The notes under the pieces were generated by a model, which worked only from the letters and a program-made list of their open reading frames with translations, was not told where the DNA came from and did not search any database. The position numbers and the translations under genes are program-made. DNA of 39,049 bases from Gammaproteobacteria bacterium (GTDB taxonomy: Bacteria > Pseudomonadota > Gammaproteobacteria > S012-40): NCBI GenBank assembly GCA_029879945.1, contig JAOUPJ010000001.1, positions 1 through 39,049 on the forward strand, given 5' to 3'. Positions 15,686-25,522 of this stretch are shown here, piece by piece. How positions within the stretch are numbered: position 1 is the first letter of the stretch; each line of letters begins with the position of its first letter.

Positions 15686-17220
15686 CAACTATTCTCCCCC
15701 CATCCCCCACCGCCGGGGGTTTCGATTGTTAACACATCACCCGCTTTCACTTTTAGATTCTGCTTGGTGCCCACATCTTTGCCGTTTAGTTTATTCACGC
15801 CCTTTTCACCTTCACCGCCGCCATTCATGCCCCAGGGTGATCGCTTGCGTCGTTCCGTTAACAGCGTGACTTGCGCGTCTTCTAAAAATTCATACTCTCG
15901 TATCAAGCCATCGCCACCACGGTGCAATCCTTTTCCACCTGAGCCCTTGCGAATCTCGTAGCGCGTCACACGTATGGGGTAATGGGATTCCAGCGATTCG
16001 ATGGGCGTGTTCAAGGTATTGGTCATATGGGTCTGTACAGCAGAAAGGCCGTCTCCCTTGCTATGCGCTCCCATGCCGCCACCGATGGTTTCGTAATAGT
16101 CCCAAGAATGAGCACCGCGCGATCCCATGGCCACATTGTTCATGGTGCCCTGACTGGCGGCGGCCATTTGTTCCGGTATGGCCTGGGCCAAGGCACCCAT
16201 GACTACGTCTACCACCCTCGAACTGGTTTCCACATTACCTGCCGCTACGGCAGCAGGTCTGCGTGCATTCAACAAGCAGCCTTCAGGGGCAGAGAGCGTG
16301 ATGGGCCGGAACGCACCCGCGCAGGCCGGGGTTTGATCCGGCATCAGGCAGCGAAACACATAAAACACAGCGGCCGCAGCCACCGATAAAGGGCAATTGA
16401 TATTGCCTGGGACTTGCGCAGCGGTGCCCGAAAAATCCAATCTAGCCTGTGTTCCGGAAATTTCCAGCTTCAGCTGTATCGGGATATCCGACTGGCCCAT
16501 GCCGTCGTCGTCCATATAGTCCGTATAGTGATAGACACCATCCGGGATCTGTTCAATCACAGACTCAGCCAGCCTTTGGGCGTAGTCATTCAATAAGGCG
16601 ATCGCCTTTATGAACCCGTCTTCCCCTCTTCCCGCTATCAGTTCCAATAGGCGCGACACCCCCACGCGGTTGGCGCTGACTTGCGCCGAGAAGTCTCCCC
16701 TCGCCTGGGCAGGATTACTGACCGCGTCTACCAGCGATTGGAAAAAGGCCTCGTCCAGCTTGCCGCGCTGGTAGAGGAAACTGGGCGGGATGATCTTGCC
16801 TTCCTCATCCAGGTGGGTAGACACGGGCATGGAACCGGGAGACTGGGCACCGATGTCCGCGTGATGGGCACGATTGGCAATAAAGGCGATGAGACGGGTC
16901 CCGACAAATACAGGAGAAATGACAGTCACGTCGGGCAGATGCGTTCCCCCCAGATAGGGGTCATTCAACACCAAGACATCATCACGACGCCATTCCACCT
17001 GGGACACGATGGATCGCATGGCATAGGCCATACTCCCCAAATGAACAGGAATGTGTGCAGCTTGTGCGACCAGCTCTCCCTGGGCATCGAACACAGCGCA
17101 GGAAAAGTCTAACCTGTCTTTGATATTGGGTGAAAAAGAGGTACGCGCCAGCACCGCTCCCATCTCTTCACAGACAGCAGCAATACGGTTGGAAAAAATA
17201 CTGAGTTCGATTACATCCAT
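15685..17220 (-). CDS. Hydantoinase B / oxoprolinase family protein
   Basis: Start chosen at ATG 17220 (MDVIELSIFSNRIAAVCEEMG, typical family N-terminus), giving 511 aa. The track ORF extends to 17277. Confidence 0.88.
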   Translation of the reverse strand: MDVIELSIFSNRIAAVCEEMGAVLARTSFSPNIKDRLDFSCAVFDAQGELVAQAAHIPVHLGSMAYAMRSIVSQVEWRRDDVLVLNDPYLGGTHLPDVTVISPVFVGTRLIAFIANRAHHADIGAQSPGSMPVSTHLDEEGKIIPPSFLYQRGKLDEAFFQSLVDAVSNPAQARGDFSAQVSANRVGVSRLLELIAGRGEDGFIKAIALLNDYAQRLAESVIEQIPDGVYHYTDYMDDDGMGQSDIPIQLKLEISGTQARLDFSGTAAQVPGNINCPLSVAAAAVFYVFRCLMPDQTPACAGAFRPITLSAPEGCLLNARRPAAVAAGNVETSSRVVDVVMGALAQAIPEQMAAASQGTMNNVAMGSRGAHSWDYYETIGGGMGAHSKGDGLSAVQTHMTNTLNTPIESLESHYPIRVTRYEIRKGSGGKGLHRGGDGLIREYEFLEDAQVTLLTERRKRSPWGMNGGGEGEKGVNKLNGKDVGTKQNLKVKAGDVLTIETPGGGGWGENS

Positions 17221-17467
17221 AGAGCTTCGCCGTTGAAAAGCACCCCGCGAGCTGTTAACGTGGCGGAATAAATACAAAGGGATGAGTGTAGCATATGCTT
17301 GATTCTCAACCCCTTAGAAACTAGATTAACCCCAACACTAACATGCTTGAATTCCTGACTAATTTTGTCATAGAATTCCGCCCTTCAGTGGAATGTGCGC
17401 CCGATTTCCGGTGACAGTGACAAGAATGGGAAGGTCTCTCGACACCGTTTTTATCCAGGAGAATTAA

Positions 17468-18049
17468 ATGGAACATAAATTACCCGAACTACCCTATGCA
17501 ATGGACGCACTCGAGCCGCACATCTCTAAAGAGACCTTGGAGTTCCATTACGGCAAACACCATCAGACCTATGTGACCAATCTGAATAATCTGGTCAAGG
17601 GAACTGAGTATGAGTCCATGACACTGGAAGAGATCATCAATAAGGCTTCCGGTGGGCTTTTTAATAATGCTGCCCAGGTCTGGAATCACACCTTTTACTG
17701 GAACTGCTTAAGCCCCAACGGCGGCGGTGAACCAACAGGTGCCGTGGCGGATGCCATCAATAAGGCTTTTGGTTCTTTCGAAGAATTCAAACAAAAGTTT
17801 TCACAAACTGCGATAACAACCTTTGGCTCTGGCTGGGGTTGGTTGGTAAAAAATGGTGACGGCTCCCTGGCCCTGACCAGCACCGGAAATGCCGGCACAC
17901 CCATGACCCAAGGTCAAACGGCGCTACTAACCTGTGACGTGTGGGAACACGCCTACTACATAGACTATCGCAATGCTCGACCCAAATATGTTGAGTCATT
18001 CTGGAATCTCGTCAACTGGGATTTTGTGGCTCAAAACCTGAGCGCATAG
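17468..18049 (+). CDS. sodB: Superoxide dismutase [Fe]
   Basis: 193 aa. [34 protein letters not shown] (Fe-type), DVWEHAYY. Confidence 0.93.
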   Translation: MEHKLPELPYAMDALEPHISKETLEFHYGKHHQTYVTNLNNLVKGTEYESMTLEEIINKASGGLFNNAAQVWNHTFYWNCLSPNGGGEPTGAVADAINKAFGSFEEFKQKFSQTAITTFGSGWGWLVKNGDGSLALTSTGNAGTPMTQGQTALLTCDVWEHAYYIDYRNARPKYVESFWNLVNWDFVAQNLSA

Positions 18050-18056
18050 CGCCGGC

Positions 18057-18093
18057 AGACCGGGAAAGATCCCCCTGGTCTTTTCCGGTTTTT
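18057..18093 (+). terminator. sodB terminator
   Basis: AGACCGGG (18057-18064) pairs with CCCTGGTCT (18073-18081), followed by TTTTCCGGTTTTT. Confidence 0.6.
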
Positions 18094-18141
18094 GCCGACC
18101 TAATTCGGTTCGATCTCCGTTTTCTCTATAAATAGAAAGAA

Positions 18142-18170
18142 TTGTGATCTGACCCCAATTATCATAGAAT
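18142..18170 (+). promoter_or_regulatory. Possible sigma-70 promoter
   Basis: TTGTGA (18142-18147), 17-nt spacer, TAGAAT (18165-18170). Confidence 0.3.
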
Positions 18171-18197
18171 CTTTTGTACTTTAATCAATTTTGTAAG

Positions 18198-18224
18198 GCG
18201 GTCGTTACCGACGACCGCTTTTTT
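18198..18224 (+). terminator. Orphan strong intrinsic terminator 23 nt upstream of the argD start
   Basis: Perfect 8-bp stem GCGGTCGT (18198-18205) / ACGACCGC (18211-18218), loop TACCG, then TTTTTT. Confidence 0.75.
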
Positions 18225-18246
18225 GCTTTTGTTGGATAGTAAAACC

Positions 18247-19422
18247 ATGACAGACAGCATAATGAACACCTACAAATCTGATTCGGTGAGCTTTACCAAG
18301 GGTGAAGGCGTTTATCTGTGGGATAGTGAAGGAAATCGCTATCTGGATGCCATTAGCGGTATCGCCGTGTGCGCCCTGGGGCATGCCGATCCGGAAGTGG
18401 CCAAGGCGATTGCCGACCAGGCAAGCACGCTGATCCATACATCTAACCTTTATACCATTGATTTACAAAAGAAATTAGCGGATTCCCTAACCGAACTTGC
18501 GGGGATGGATCGTGCTTTCTTTGGTAACTCCGGGGCAGAAGCCAATGAAGCGGCCATCAAACTGGCCAGGCTATATGGCCACCACAAAGGGATCGTCGAT
18601 CCACTGATTGTAGTTACAGAACAGAGTTTTCATGGCCGTACCATGGCCACCCTCACTGCCACTGGAAACCGCAAAGTACAGGCAGGGTTTGAACCCCTGT
18701 TGCACGGCTTTGTGCGCGTGCCCTATAACGATTTGCCGGCCATTGAGAAACTGGTCCAGCACAGTAGAAACATAGTCGCCGTACTGGTGGAACCGATCCA
18801 AGGCGAAGGCGGCGTTCGTGTCCCCGACAGCGGGTACTTGAGTGGCCTTAGAACCCTATGCGACGAAAACGAGATGCTGTTGATGCTGGATGAGATCCAG
18901 ACGGGCATGTGTCGAACCGGACGTTGGTTCGCCTTTCAGCATGAAAATATTGTCCCCGATGTAATGACCCTGGCCAAAAGCCTGGGCAACGGCTTTCCCA
19001 TCGGCGCATGCCTGGCAAAGGGCAAAGCGGCTGAGGTCTTTAAACCAGGCAACCATGGATCCACCTATGGTGGAAACCCGCTGGCCTGTCGCACCGCGCT
19101 GACTGTGATTGAACAGATGAAGGCAAAATCGCTGGATAAGCAGGCCGCCCTCCTGGGCGAGCAACTGCTTGCCGAACTGAAAAGCCGACTGGGTTCGATA
19201 GGGGCGGTGGTAGAAATCAGAGGAAAGGGTTTGATGATTGGTATCGAGCTGGATAGACCCTGCGCCGAACTCGTCGCGGCCGCCAAGAAAAAGGGCCTAT
19301 TAATCAACGTTACCTCAGATAAGGTGGTACGTTTATTACCCCCCTTGATCATAGATGCCTCCCATATCAAAACCATCGTTTCCACATTGGGCGACCTGAT
19401 TCAGGAATTTGTCGAGGCCTAG
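18247..19422 (+). CDS. argD: Acetylornithine aminotransferase (class III PLP aminotransferase)
   Basis: GNSGAEANEAAIKLAR, LDEIQTGMCRTGRWFAFQH, LAKSLGNGFPIGA. Adjacent to argF. Start chosen at ATG 18247. Confidence 0.88.
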   Translation: MTDSIMNTYKSDSVSFTKGEGVYLWDSEGNRYLDAISGIAVCALGHADPEVAKAIADQASTLIHTSNLYTIDLQKKLADSLTELAGMDRAFFGNSGAEANEAAIKLARLYGHHKGIVDPLIVVTEQSFHGRTMATLTATGNRKVQAGFEPLLHGFVRVPYNDLPAIEKLVQHSRNIVAVLVEPIQGEGGVRVPDSGYLSGLRTLCDENEMLLMLDEIQTGMCRTGRWFAFQHENIVPDVMTLAKSLGNGFPIGACLAKGKAAEVFKPGNHGSTYGGNPLACRTALTVIEQMKAKSLDKQAALLGEQLLAELKSRLGSIGAVVEIRGKGLMIGIELDRPCAELVAAAKKKGLLINVTSDKVVRLLPPLIIDASHIKTIVSTLGDLIQEFVEA

Positions 19423-19425
19423 GAT

Positions 19426-20352
19426 ATGAGTACACCCAGACATTTTCTCAGTTTGCTCGATCTGTCCGGTGAAGAACTGGAGGCCATCATTGAGCGCGCC
19501 ATTGAACTCAAGGCGATGCACAAGCGTCAGGAGCCACACCAGACCTTGGCCGGTAAGGTCTTGGGTATGGTTTTCGAGAAATCGTCTACACGCACACGTG
19601 TTTCATTTGAGACGGGCATGATCCATCTCGGTGGCCAGGCACTCTTTCTTTCACCTCGAGATACCCAGTTGGGTCGAGGTGAACCGATAGAAGACTCGGC
19701 CCGAGTGCTTTCCAGCATGTTAGACGTGATCATGATACGCACCTTTGAACACGAAAAGCTGGAGACCTTCGCCAAGTATTCCAAAGTGCCGGTAATCAAT
19801 GCCCTCACCGATCTCTATCATCCCTGTCAGCTCCTGGCAGATATACAAACCTATGTGGAGCATCGTGGTTCCTTAAAAGGCAAAACCGTGGCGTGGATAG
19901 GCGATGGCAATAATATGTGTCACTCCTATATCAATGCCGCACGTCGCATTGGATTCACATTGAAGATTTCCACACCGGAAGGCTTTGAGCCCAATAGCCT
20001 AGTGAGCCGAGCGGCCGCTGATCATGTGGAAATAGTCGCTGGCCCTCTAGATGCCGCAAAAAACGCCGATCTGGTGGTGACAGATGTCTGGGCCAGTATG
20101 GGCCAGGAAAGCGAAGCGGAAGTGAGACACAAGGTTTTTAAAAATTTTCAGGTCAATCGGGAAGTCATGTCCATGGCCAAGCCGGACGCCCTGTTTATGC
20201 ATTGCCTACCCGCACATCGCGGTGAAGAAGTGACAGCGGACGTATTGGATGGCCCTCAATCCGTCGTGTGGGATGAGGCGGAAAACCGACTGCACTCGCA
20301 AAAAGCCCTGCTGGAGTTTCTCCTACTCGGTGGATTCGAAGCCAAGCACTAG
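19426..20352 (+). CDS. argF: Ornithine carbamoyltransferase
   Basis: 308 aa. [37 protein letters not shown]. Confidence 0.92.
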   Translation: MSTPRHFLSLLDLSGEELEAIIERAIELKAMHKRQEPHQTLAGKVLGMVFEKSSTRTRVSFETGMIHLGGQALFLSPRDTQLGRGEPIEDSARVLSSMLDVIMIRTFEHEKLETFAKYSKVPVINALTDLYHPCQLLADIQTYVEHRGSLKGKTVAWIGDGNNMCHSYINAARRIGFTLKISTPEGFEPNSLVSRAAADHVEIVAGPLDAAKNADLVVTDVWASMGQESEAEVRHKVFKNFQVNREVMSMAKPDALFMHCLPAHRGEEVTADVLDGPQSVVWDEAENRLHSQKALLEFLLLGGFEAKH

Positions 20353-20354
20353 CA

Positions 20355-21398
20355 ATGTCTACCCTGCTGGAACTGAAAAATATTTCCTGCCGTTACGATC
20401 ATGCGGATGTGGTGCACAATTTTTCCCTACGTGTACGCAAAGGGGAAATTGCCTGCCTGTTGGGGCCCAGTGGATGCGGAAAAAGTACCATTCTTCGCGC
20501 CATTGCCGGCCTGGAACCCATCGTCGATGGGGTCATTACTCTCAATGACGTAATCATCTCCAGCCCCAGTCTGCACATGCCTCCGGAAAAGCGCGGCATC
20601 GGCATGGTGTTTCAGGAATATGCCTTGTTTCCTCATCTGGACGTGGAACGAAACATCTCGTTTGGCATGCGTTCCAAAAGTGCCAGCCATGCCGGCAAAG
20701 TGGCTGATTTGCTGGAAATAGTCGGCCTGCAAGGGTTTGGCAAGCGTTATCCCCACGAACTCTCCGGCGGCCAACAACAACGTGTGGCGCTGGCCCGTGC
20801 GCTGGCTGCAGAGCCCCAAATTATCCTTTTGGACGAGCCTTTTTCAAATCTGGATATTGAGCTTCGGGAAAAACTCAGTCTGGAAGTGAAAGACATTTTG
20901 TCTGAACAAAACATTACCGCAATACTCGTCACCCATGATCAAGCGGAGGCCTTCGCCGTTTCCGATGCCATCGCCGTAATCCATGAAGGAAAGCTGCAAC
21001 AATGGGACTCGGCCTATAATCTTTACCATGATCCCGTTAATCGCTTCGTCGCCGACTTTATCGGACAAGGCGTCTTTCTAAAAGGTGAGCTGGTGTCACC
21101 GGATGCCGTCAAGACCGAACTGGGTACGCTGCGAGGTGACAGGGCCTACACGGGTGGTGTGGGCTCATTTGTGGACGTGTTAATCAGGCCTGACGATATT
21201 TTACCGGACGAACAAAGCCCCCTGCGCGTCACCGTTACCCAAAAGGCCTTTCGTGGCTCCGACATTCTCTACACCTTAAAGATGAAATCCGGCACCCCTT
21301 TACTGGCCAGCTTTCCCAGCCACTACAATCACTATGTGGGGGAAGAGATCGGTATAAATCCGGATATTCAACATTTGATCGCCTTCGACGAGCAATAG
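20355..21398 (+). CDS. ABC transporter ATP-binding protein (PotA/FbpC-like), with no adjacent permease or binding protein
   Basis: Walker A GPSGCGKST, signature LSGGQQQRVALARAL, Walker B ILLDEP, plus a C-terminal TOBE-like extension. Confidence 0.9.
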   Translation: MSTLLELKNISCRYDHADVVHNFSLRVRKGEIACLLGPSGCGKSTILRAIAGLEPIVDGVITLNDVIISSPSLHMPPEKRGIGMVFQEYALFPHLDVERNISFGMRSKSASHAGKVADLLEIVGLQGFGKRYPHELSGGQQQRVALARALAAEPQIILLDEPFSNLDIELREKLSLEVKDILSEQNITAILVTHDQAEAFAVSDAIAVIHEGKLQQWDSAYNLYHDPVNRFVADFIGQGVFLKGELVSPDAVKTELGTLRGDRAYTGGVGSFVDVLIRPDDILPDEQSPLRVTVTQKAFRGSDILYTLKMKSGTPLLASFPSHYNHYVGEEIGINPDIQHLIAFDEQ

Positions 21399-21545
21399 TC
21401 TCAGTGTTTTGGCCATTTCTGGCCACATTTCCATCTACCAAAATTCAAGCAGACACCCCCTCACCTTGTTTAAAGGCTTCCGGGCATATGTTATGCTGAC
21501 AATTAGTTTTGTATAAAACTATTAGTCACAAACCTATTTAGCCTC

Positions 21546-22007
21546 ATGGATGAGAGACCCCGGACACGGAACTCGTTGAAAACCTGTCAAAAAAATATTC
21601 TTTTCCTTTCCCTCCTGCTCCCATCGTACCTATGGGCCAGCGTGCCTGTTTTGAATGGGCCCCATGAAACGGTGAATGCGGGTTACTTTCAACTCAACTG
21701 GGAGGGGGAAGGGGAGCGCTTTGAACTGCAAGAACAAGGTGGTGAAACACAGGCCGGGACACGAACGCTTTACACCGGCCCGGACACCGCCAGCGCCATC
21801 AGCGGTCGGGCAGACGGCAGCTATCGATTCCGTGTAAGACAAATCAATGCGCAAGGTCAGGCCCTATCGCCCTGGAGCCAGGCGCTGACTGTGGACGTGG
21901 TTCATCACAGTTTAGCGAAGGCCTTTGGCTTCTTTCTACTTGGGTTTTTGGTCTTCATCAGCACTGTCGCCATAGTCTTAGCTGGCACCCGTCACGTTTC
22001 ACGTTAG
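21546..22007 (+). CDS. Hypothetical membrane-anchored protein (N-terminal signal/anchor, FN3-like middle, C-terminal TM helix)
   Basis: 153 aa. ILFLSLLLPSYLWA and FGFFLLGFLVFISTVAIVLAG. Lies 9 nt upstream of the next gene. Confidence 0.5.
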   Translation: MDERPRTRNSLKTCQKNILFLSLLLPSYLWASVPVLNGPHETVNAGYFQLNWEGEGERFELQEQGGETQAGTRTLYTGPDTASAISGRADGSYRFRVRQINAQGQALSPWSQALTVDVVHHSLAKAFGFFLLGFLVFISTVAIVLAGTRHVSR

Positions 22008-22016
22008 GAGATCCGG

Positions 22017-23246
22017 GTGCTGAAAATCAATTCATCACGTCTGCGCCATGATATAACCGAACTCTCGAATATTGGGAGAGAAGCCGATCAAGGCCTGTAC
22101 CGCTTGGCCTTCAGTGATCAAGACATGATGGCCCGAAAATGGTTGGCCAATCGCATCCAGGAAGCTGGCTTAGCGCTATACATGGATGGTGCCGCGAACA
22201 TACATGGGCGCCTTAATTGGGATGGCAAGACTCCCAGTGTGATGACAGGCTCCCATATCGATACCATTCCCGGTGCCGGTCATCTGGACGGCGCGCTGGG
22301 TGTCATCGCCGGTTTGGAATGTCTGCGAATACTCAAGGAATCGGGCCTCGCGCTTAAACATCCACTGGAAGTGCTTGCCTTTTCCGATGAAGAGGGCCGT
22401 TTCGGGGGAATGTTCGGTTCGCAGGCCATCGCAGGGCAACTCAGCCCACAGAAAATCCACCAGGCTATCGATCCGGAAGGCATCAACATCAGCACAGCGA
22501 TGCAGGCACAGGGGCTCAACGCCATGGACGCACTCAATGCGTATCGCTCCCCGGAAGGCATCAAGGCCTTCGTCGAACTCCATATTGAACAAGGGCCCAT
22601 ACTCGATAAACAAGGTGCCAGCATCGGTGTGGTGGAAGGCATCAATGGATTGTTCAAGTGGCTGGTGCGGCTAAAAGGCAATGCCAATCACGCGGGAAGC
22701 ACACCCATGAATATGCGACAGGATGCCTTTCAGGGTCTGGTTGAGGTGGCTACCCAAATCGAACGTTTGCTGGAGGAGAATGGCAGCCCTCGTAGTGTCG
22801 CGACTATCGGTCATGTTGAACTAGCACCAGGTGCCGCCAATGTGATTCCCGGTCTGGCCGAATTCACCCTGGAAGTGCGCGATTTAGATGAACAAGTCCT
22901 GGAGACCCTCGCCGATGCCTTTCGCCGTAGCATTTCTGCCATTGCTCGGCGACGAAATCTGATGTTCGAATTTGAGGTGCTCAGCCAAATCACGCCCGTA
23001 AAATGCGATAGCGCCATACAGGAACACGTTAAAAAGTCGGCACAGGAACTCGGCATAGACTGCATTAGCCTGCCCAGTGGGGCCGCGCATGATACTCAGA
23101 TCATGGCAAAGATCACAGCAGCGGGGATGATCTTCGTTCCCAGCAAAGACGGTCGCAGCCATTCACCGGCTGAATGGACGGCATGGGAGGACATTGAACA
23201 CGGTGCCAATGTCTTATTAAACACTCTCTTAAAACTGGCGCAATAA
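22017..23246 (+). CDS. M20-family amidase of the hydantoinase/carbamoylase type (allantoate amidohydrolase / N-carbamoyl-L-amino-acid hydrolase-like)
   Basis: 409 aa, GTG start. GSHIDTIPGAGHLDGALGV, AFSDEEGRFG, NHAGSTPM, SGAAHDT. Confidence 0.85.
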   Translation: MLKINSSRLRHDITELSNIGREADQGLYRLAFSDQDMMARKWLANRIQEAGLALYMDGAANIHGRLNWDGKTPSVMTGSHIDTIPGAGHLDGALGVIAGLECLRILKESGLALKHPLEVLAFSDEEGRFGGMFGSQAIAGQLSPQKIHQAIDPEGINISTAMQAQGLNAMDALNAYRSPEGIKAFVELHIEQGPILDKQGASIGVVEGINGLFKWLVRLKGNANHAGSTPMNMRQDAFQGLVEVATQIERLLEENGSPRSVATIGHVELAPGAANVIPGLAEFTLEVRDLDEQVLETLADAFRRSISAIARRRNLMFEFEVLSQITPVKCDSAIQEHVKKSAQELGIDCISLPSGAAHDTQIMAKITAAGMIFVPSKDGRSHSPAEWTAWEDIEHGANVLLNTLLKLAQ

Positions 23247-23247
23247 T

Positions 23248-23973
23248 ATGACTGAGCAAGAAGACGAATTCCTCCATATCGACCCCCTCGAAGAGGCCTA
23301 TCGTGAATCCATCGCAGAAATTCCACAAGTCACGGAGTCGCTAGAGAAACACAAAACGGCACTGCTGGTGATCGATCTTCAATATCTGGATGCGGCACGC
23401 GGTTGTGGCGTGTTTGCCGATCTGGAAAATAGCCCTGTGCCCACCGAAGCACAGGAATACTATTTTAATCGACTTGATGAGTCGGTGTTTCCCAATGTGA
23501 GAAGACTGCAAGACTGTTTTCGTGAACACAGTCTGGAAGTGATTCATACACGTATCCAGTCCCTGACAAAAGACGGACGCGATCGTGGGCCGGGCCATAA
23601 ACGTCTCGGTCTGCATGCCGCCCCCGGTTCAAAAGAGGCCGAGTTTATAGAATCGGTGGCACCGATAGGTGACGAGATCGTCATTAACAAAACCGCCAGC
23701 GGCGTGTTCAACTCCACCAATATCGAATACATCCTGCGCAACATGGGCATCACCGGGCTTTTTATTGTGGGGGTCTATTCCAATGAATGTGTATCTACCG
23801 CCGTGCGGGATGCCTGCGACCGCGGGTTCTATGTCACGGTGATTGAAGATGCCATTGCCACCGTGACGCCTGAGCTACAAAACGCCACTGTCACCACACT
23901 CAAAGACCGTTACGCCCGTGTCATGACTACTGTAGAAGCCCTGCAGGAAATCAATCGAGTGGTAGAAGATTGA
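23248..23973 (+). CDS. Isochorismatase-family cysteine hydrolase
   Basis: 241 aa. TALLVIDLQ, KTASGVFNST, GVYSNECVSTAVRDA (nucleophile Cys). Confidence 0.85.
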   Translation: MTEQEDEFLHIDPLEEAYRESIAEIPQVTESLEKHKTALLVIDLQYLDAARGCGVFADLENSPVPTEAQEYYFNRLDESVFPNVRRLQDCFREHSLEVIHTRIQSLTKDGRDRGPGHKRLGLHAAPGSKEAEFIESVAPIGDEIVINKTASGVFNSTNIEYILRNMGITGLFIVGVYSNECVSTAVRDACDRGFYVTVIEDAIATVTPELQNATVTTLKDRYARVMTTVEALQEINRVVED

Positions 23974-25403
23974 AGGCAGAGAACACCGCCATACTCGACC
24001 CCGTTACCGGTTGGCTGATACTGGCGCTGTTCTCCGCGCTGTGGATTTTTCTGGGTTGGTTATGGGGTAGACGTGCCAAGCAGCTCGACGAATTCATGCT
24101 GGCGGGACGAAACGTGGGCCTCTCACTGGCCGTCGCCACGGCGATGGCAACCTGGGTCACCAGTAACACCACCATGGCCGCCCCGCAATTGGCCTTACAA
24201 CTGGGGATCTGGGGCATGGTGGGCTATTCACTGGGTGCCATAGGCTTGTTTATGTTTGCGCCCCTGGCCAAACGGATTCGTGAACTCATGCCGCATGGCT
24301 ACACCAGCGGCGACTTTATTCGTTTGCGTTTTGGCAAGACCACCTGGCGCATCTTTCTGATGATCTCCCTGTTTTATGCCTTTGGCTGGCTAATCAGTCT
24401 GGGCATGGCGGGTGGCGTTTTAATAAATGCCCTTACCGGCATTCCCTACACCTATGGCATGAGTGTGATTCTGTTCATCTGTGTGTTGTATACCCTGCTC
24501 GGTGGTTTGCGCGCGGTAATCGGCACCGATTTTGTCCAAACCATTATTATCGTGTGCGGTGTCATCATTCTCGCCTACCTGGCCATCGACAAAGTGGGCT
24601 TTGAGGCCATCCATGCGGGAGTACAAAAAGAACGGCCTGAACTACTCAATCTGCTCATGCCCGCAGCGATCATGTTTCTGTTTAACAATTTACTGTTCGG
24701 CGTGGGTGAAATTTTTCACTCCAATGTGTGGTGGAGTCGAGCCTTCGCCTTTCGCAGCGGCGTTGGATTCAAGGCCTACACCATCGCCGGGGTGATGTGG
24801 TTACCCATTCCCATTGTGGCGGGATTTATCGCCCTTGCCGCGCCCGCCTTGGGCCTGAATGTGCCTGCGGCTGATATGGTGGGTCCGCTGGTCGCAGCCA
24901 AGCTGCTTGGTTTTACAGGGGCCGTTTTGATTTTTATCGTCGTCTTTTCCGCCCTGGCCTCCAGCCTGGACTCGCTGCTGGCCGCCACGGGCGATCTCAT
25001 CACGCAGGATATTTACCGCCAACACCTACGCCCCCATGCCGATGAAAAAGAATTGCGCAAAGCGGCCATGGTGATAATCAGCCTGCTGGGTGTGGTGACC
25101 TGGCTATTGTGTTTGCCGCGTCTAACCACGCTGGCAGAACTTCTCTACTTCACGGGTGCCTTTGTGGCCTCCACCATTTGGCCCATTGTTGCAGGTTTGT
25201 ATTGGCAACGCGCGAATCGTAAAGGCGCGGCATTGGCCATGCTGCTGGGCACTTGCGTCGGCCTCTATACCTATTTTGCCATCGGCTTTTATGTCGCCGC
25301 ACTGGTAGGGGCAGCCGTGTCCATGCTGATTGTTGTTATTAGCACATTGATCTGGCCCCAGTCTTTTGACTGGCAAACACTGCGAAACGAGGACCCACTA
25401 TGA
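23970..25403 (+). CDS. Sodium:solute symporter (SSS) family transporter
   Basis: 477 aa and polytopic. FMLAGRNVGLSLAVATAMATWVTSNT. The TTG start overlaps the upstream stop (TTGA). Confidence 0.88.
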   Translation: MKAENTAILDPVTGWLILALFSALWIFLGWLWGRRAKQLDEFMLAGRNVGLSLAVATAMATWVTSNTTMAAPQLALQLGIWGMVGYSLGAIGLFMFAPLAKRIRELMPHGYTSGDFIRLRFGKTTWRIFLMISLFYAFGWLISLGMAGGVLINALTGIPYTYGMSVILFICVLYTLLGGLRAVIGTDFVQTIIIVCGVIILAYLAIDKVGFEAIHAGVQKERPELLNLLMPAAIMFLFNNLLFGVGEIFHSNVWWSRAFAFRSGVGFKAYTIAGVMWLPIPIVAGFIALAAPALGLNVPAADMVGPLVAAKLLGFTGAVLIFIVVFSALASSLDSLLAATGDLITQDIYRQHLRPHADEKELRKAAMVIISLLGVVTWLLCLPRLTTLAELLYFTGAFVASTIWPIVAGLYWQRANRKGAALAMLLGTCVGLYTYFAIGFYVAALVGAAVSMLIVVISTLIWPQSFDWQTLRNEDPL

Positions 25404-25522
25404 TCGCTTCCGCAACGTTCTTGGCCATCCTGGTCACCCTGGCGCTGATACTCAGTATCGTTACGCCCGTTTTATTATTCACATTTTTTATTCGAGACTT
25501 GAAACAAGGTACGCTATGGTAA
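25400..25522 (+). CDS. 40-aa single-TM small protein, translationally coupled on both sides
   Basis: Below the track length cutoff. MIASATFLAILVTLALILSIVTPVLLFTFFIRDLKQGTLW. Its ATG overlaps the symporter stop (ATGA, 25400-25403). Its stop overlaps the next ATG (ATGGTAA, 25516-25522). Confidence 0.55.
   Translation: MIASATFLAILVTLALILSIVTPVLLFTFFIRDLKQGTLW

Noticed and set aside
15608-15961. Pro-rich plus-strand ORFs (117 and 71 aa)
   Set aside because: They are antisense to the 3' end of the hydantoinase-B gene, with low-complexity translations typical of shadow frames.
18094-18120. tRNA T-arm-like string GGTTCGATCTCCG (possible tRNA or att-site remnant)
   Set aside because: Only a 3-bp stem can form. 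No acceptor, anticodon or D arms and no CCA context are present.
20355-21398. Orphan ABC ATPase as part of a novel transporter
   Set aside because: It is a standard PotA/FbpC-type ATPase. The lack of neighbouring permease genes is noted, but there is nothing further to support a special role.
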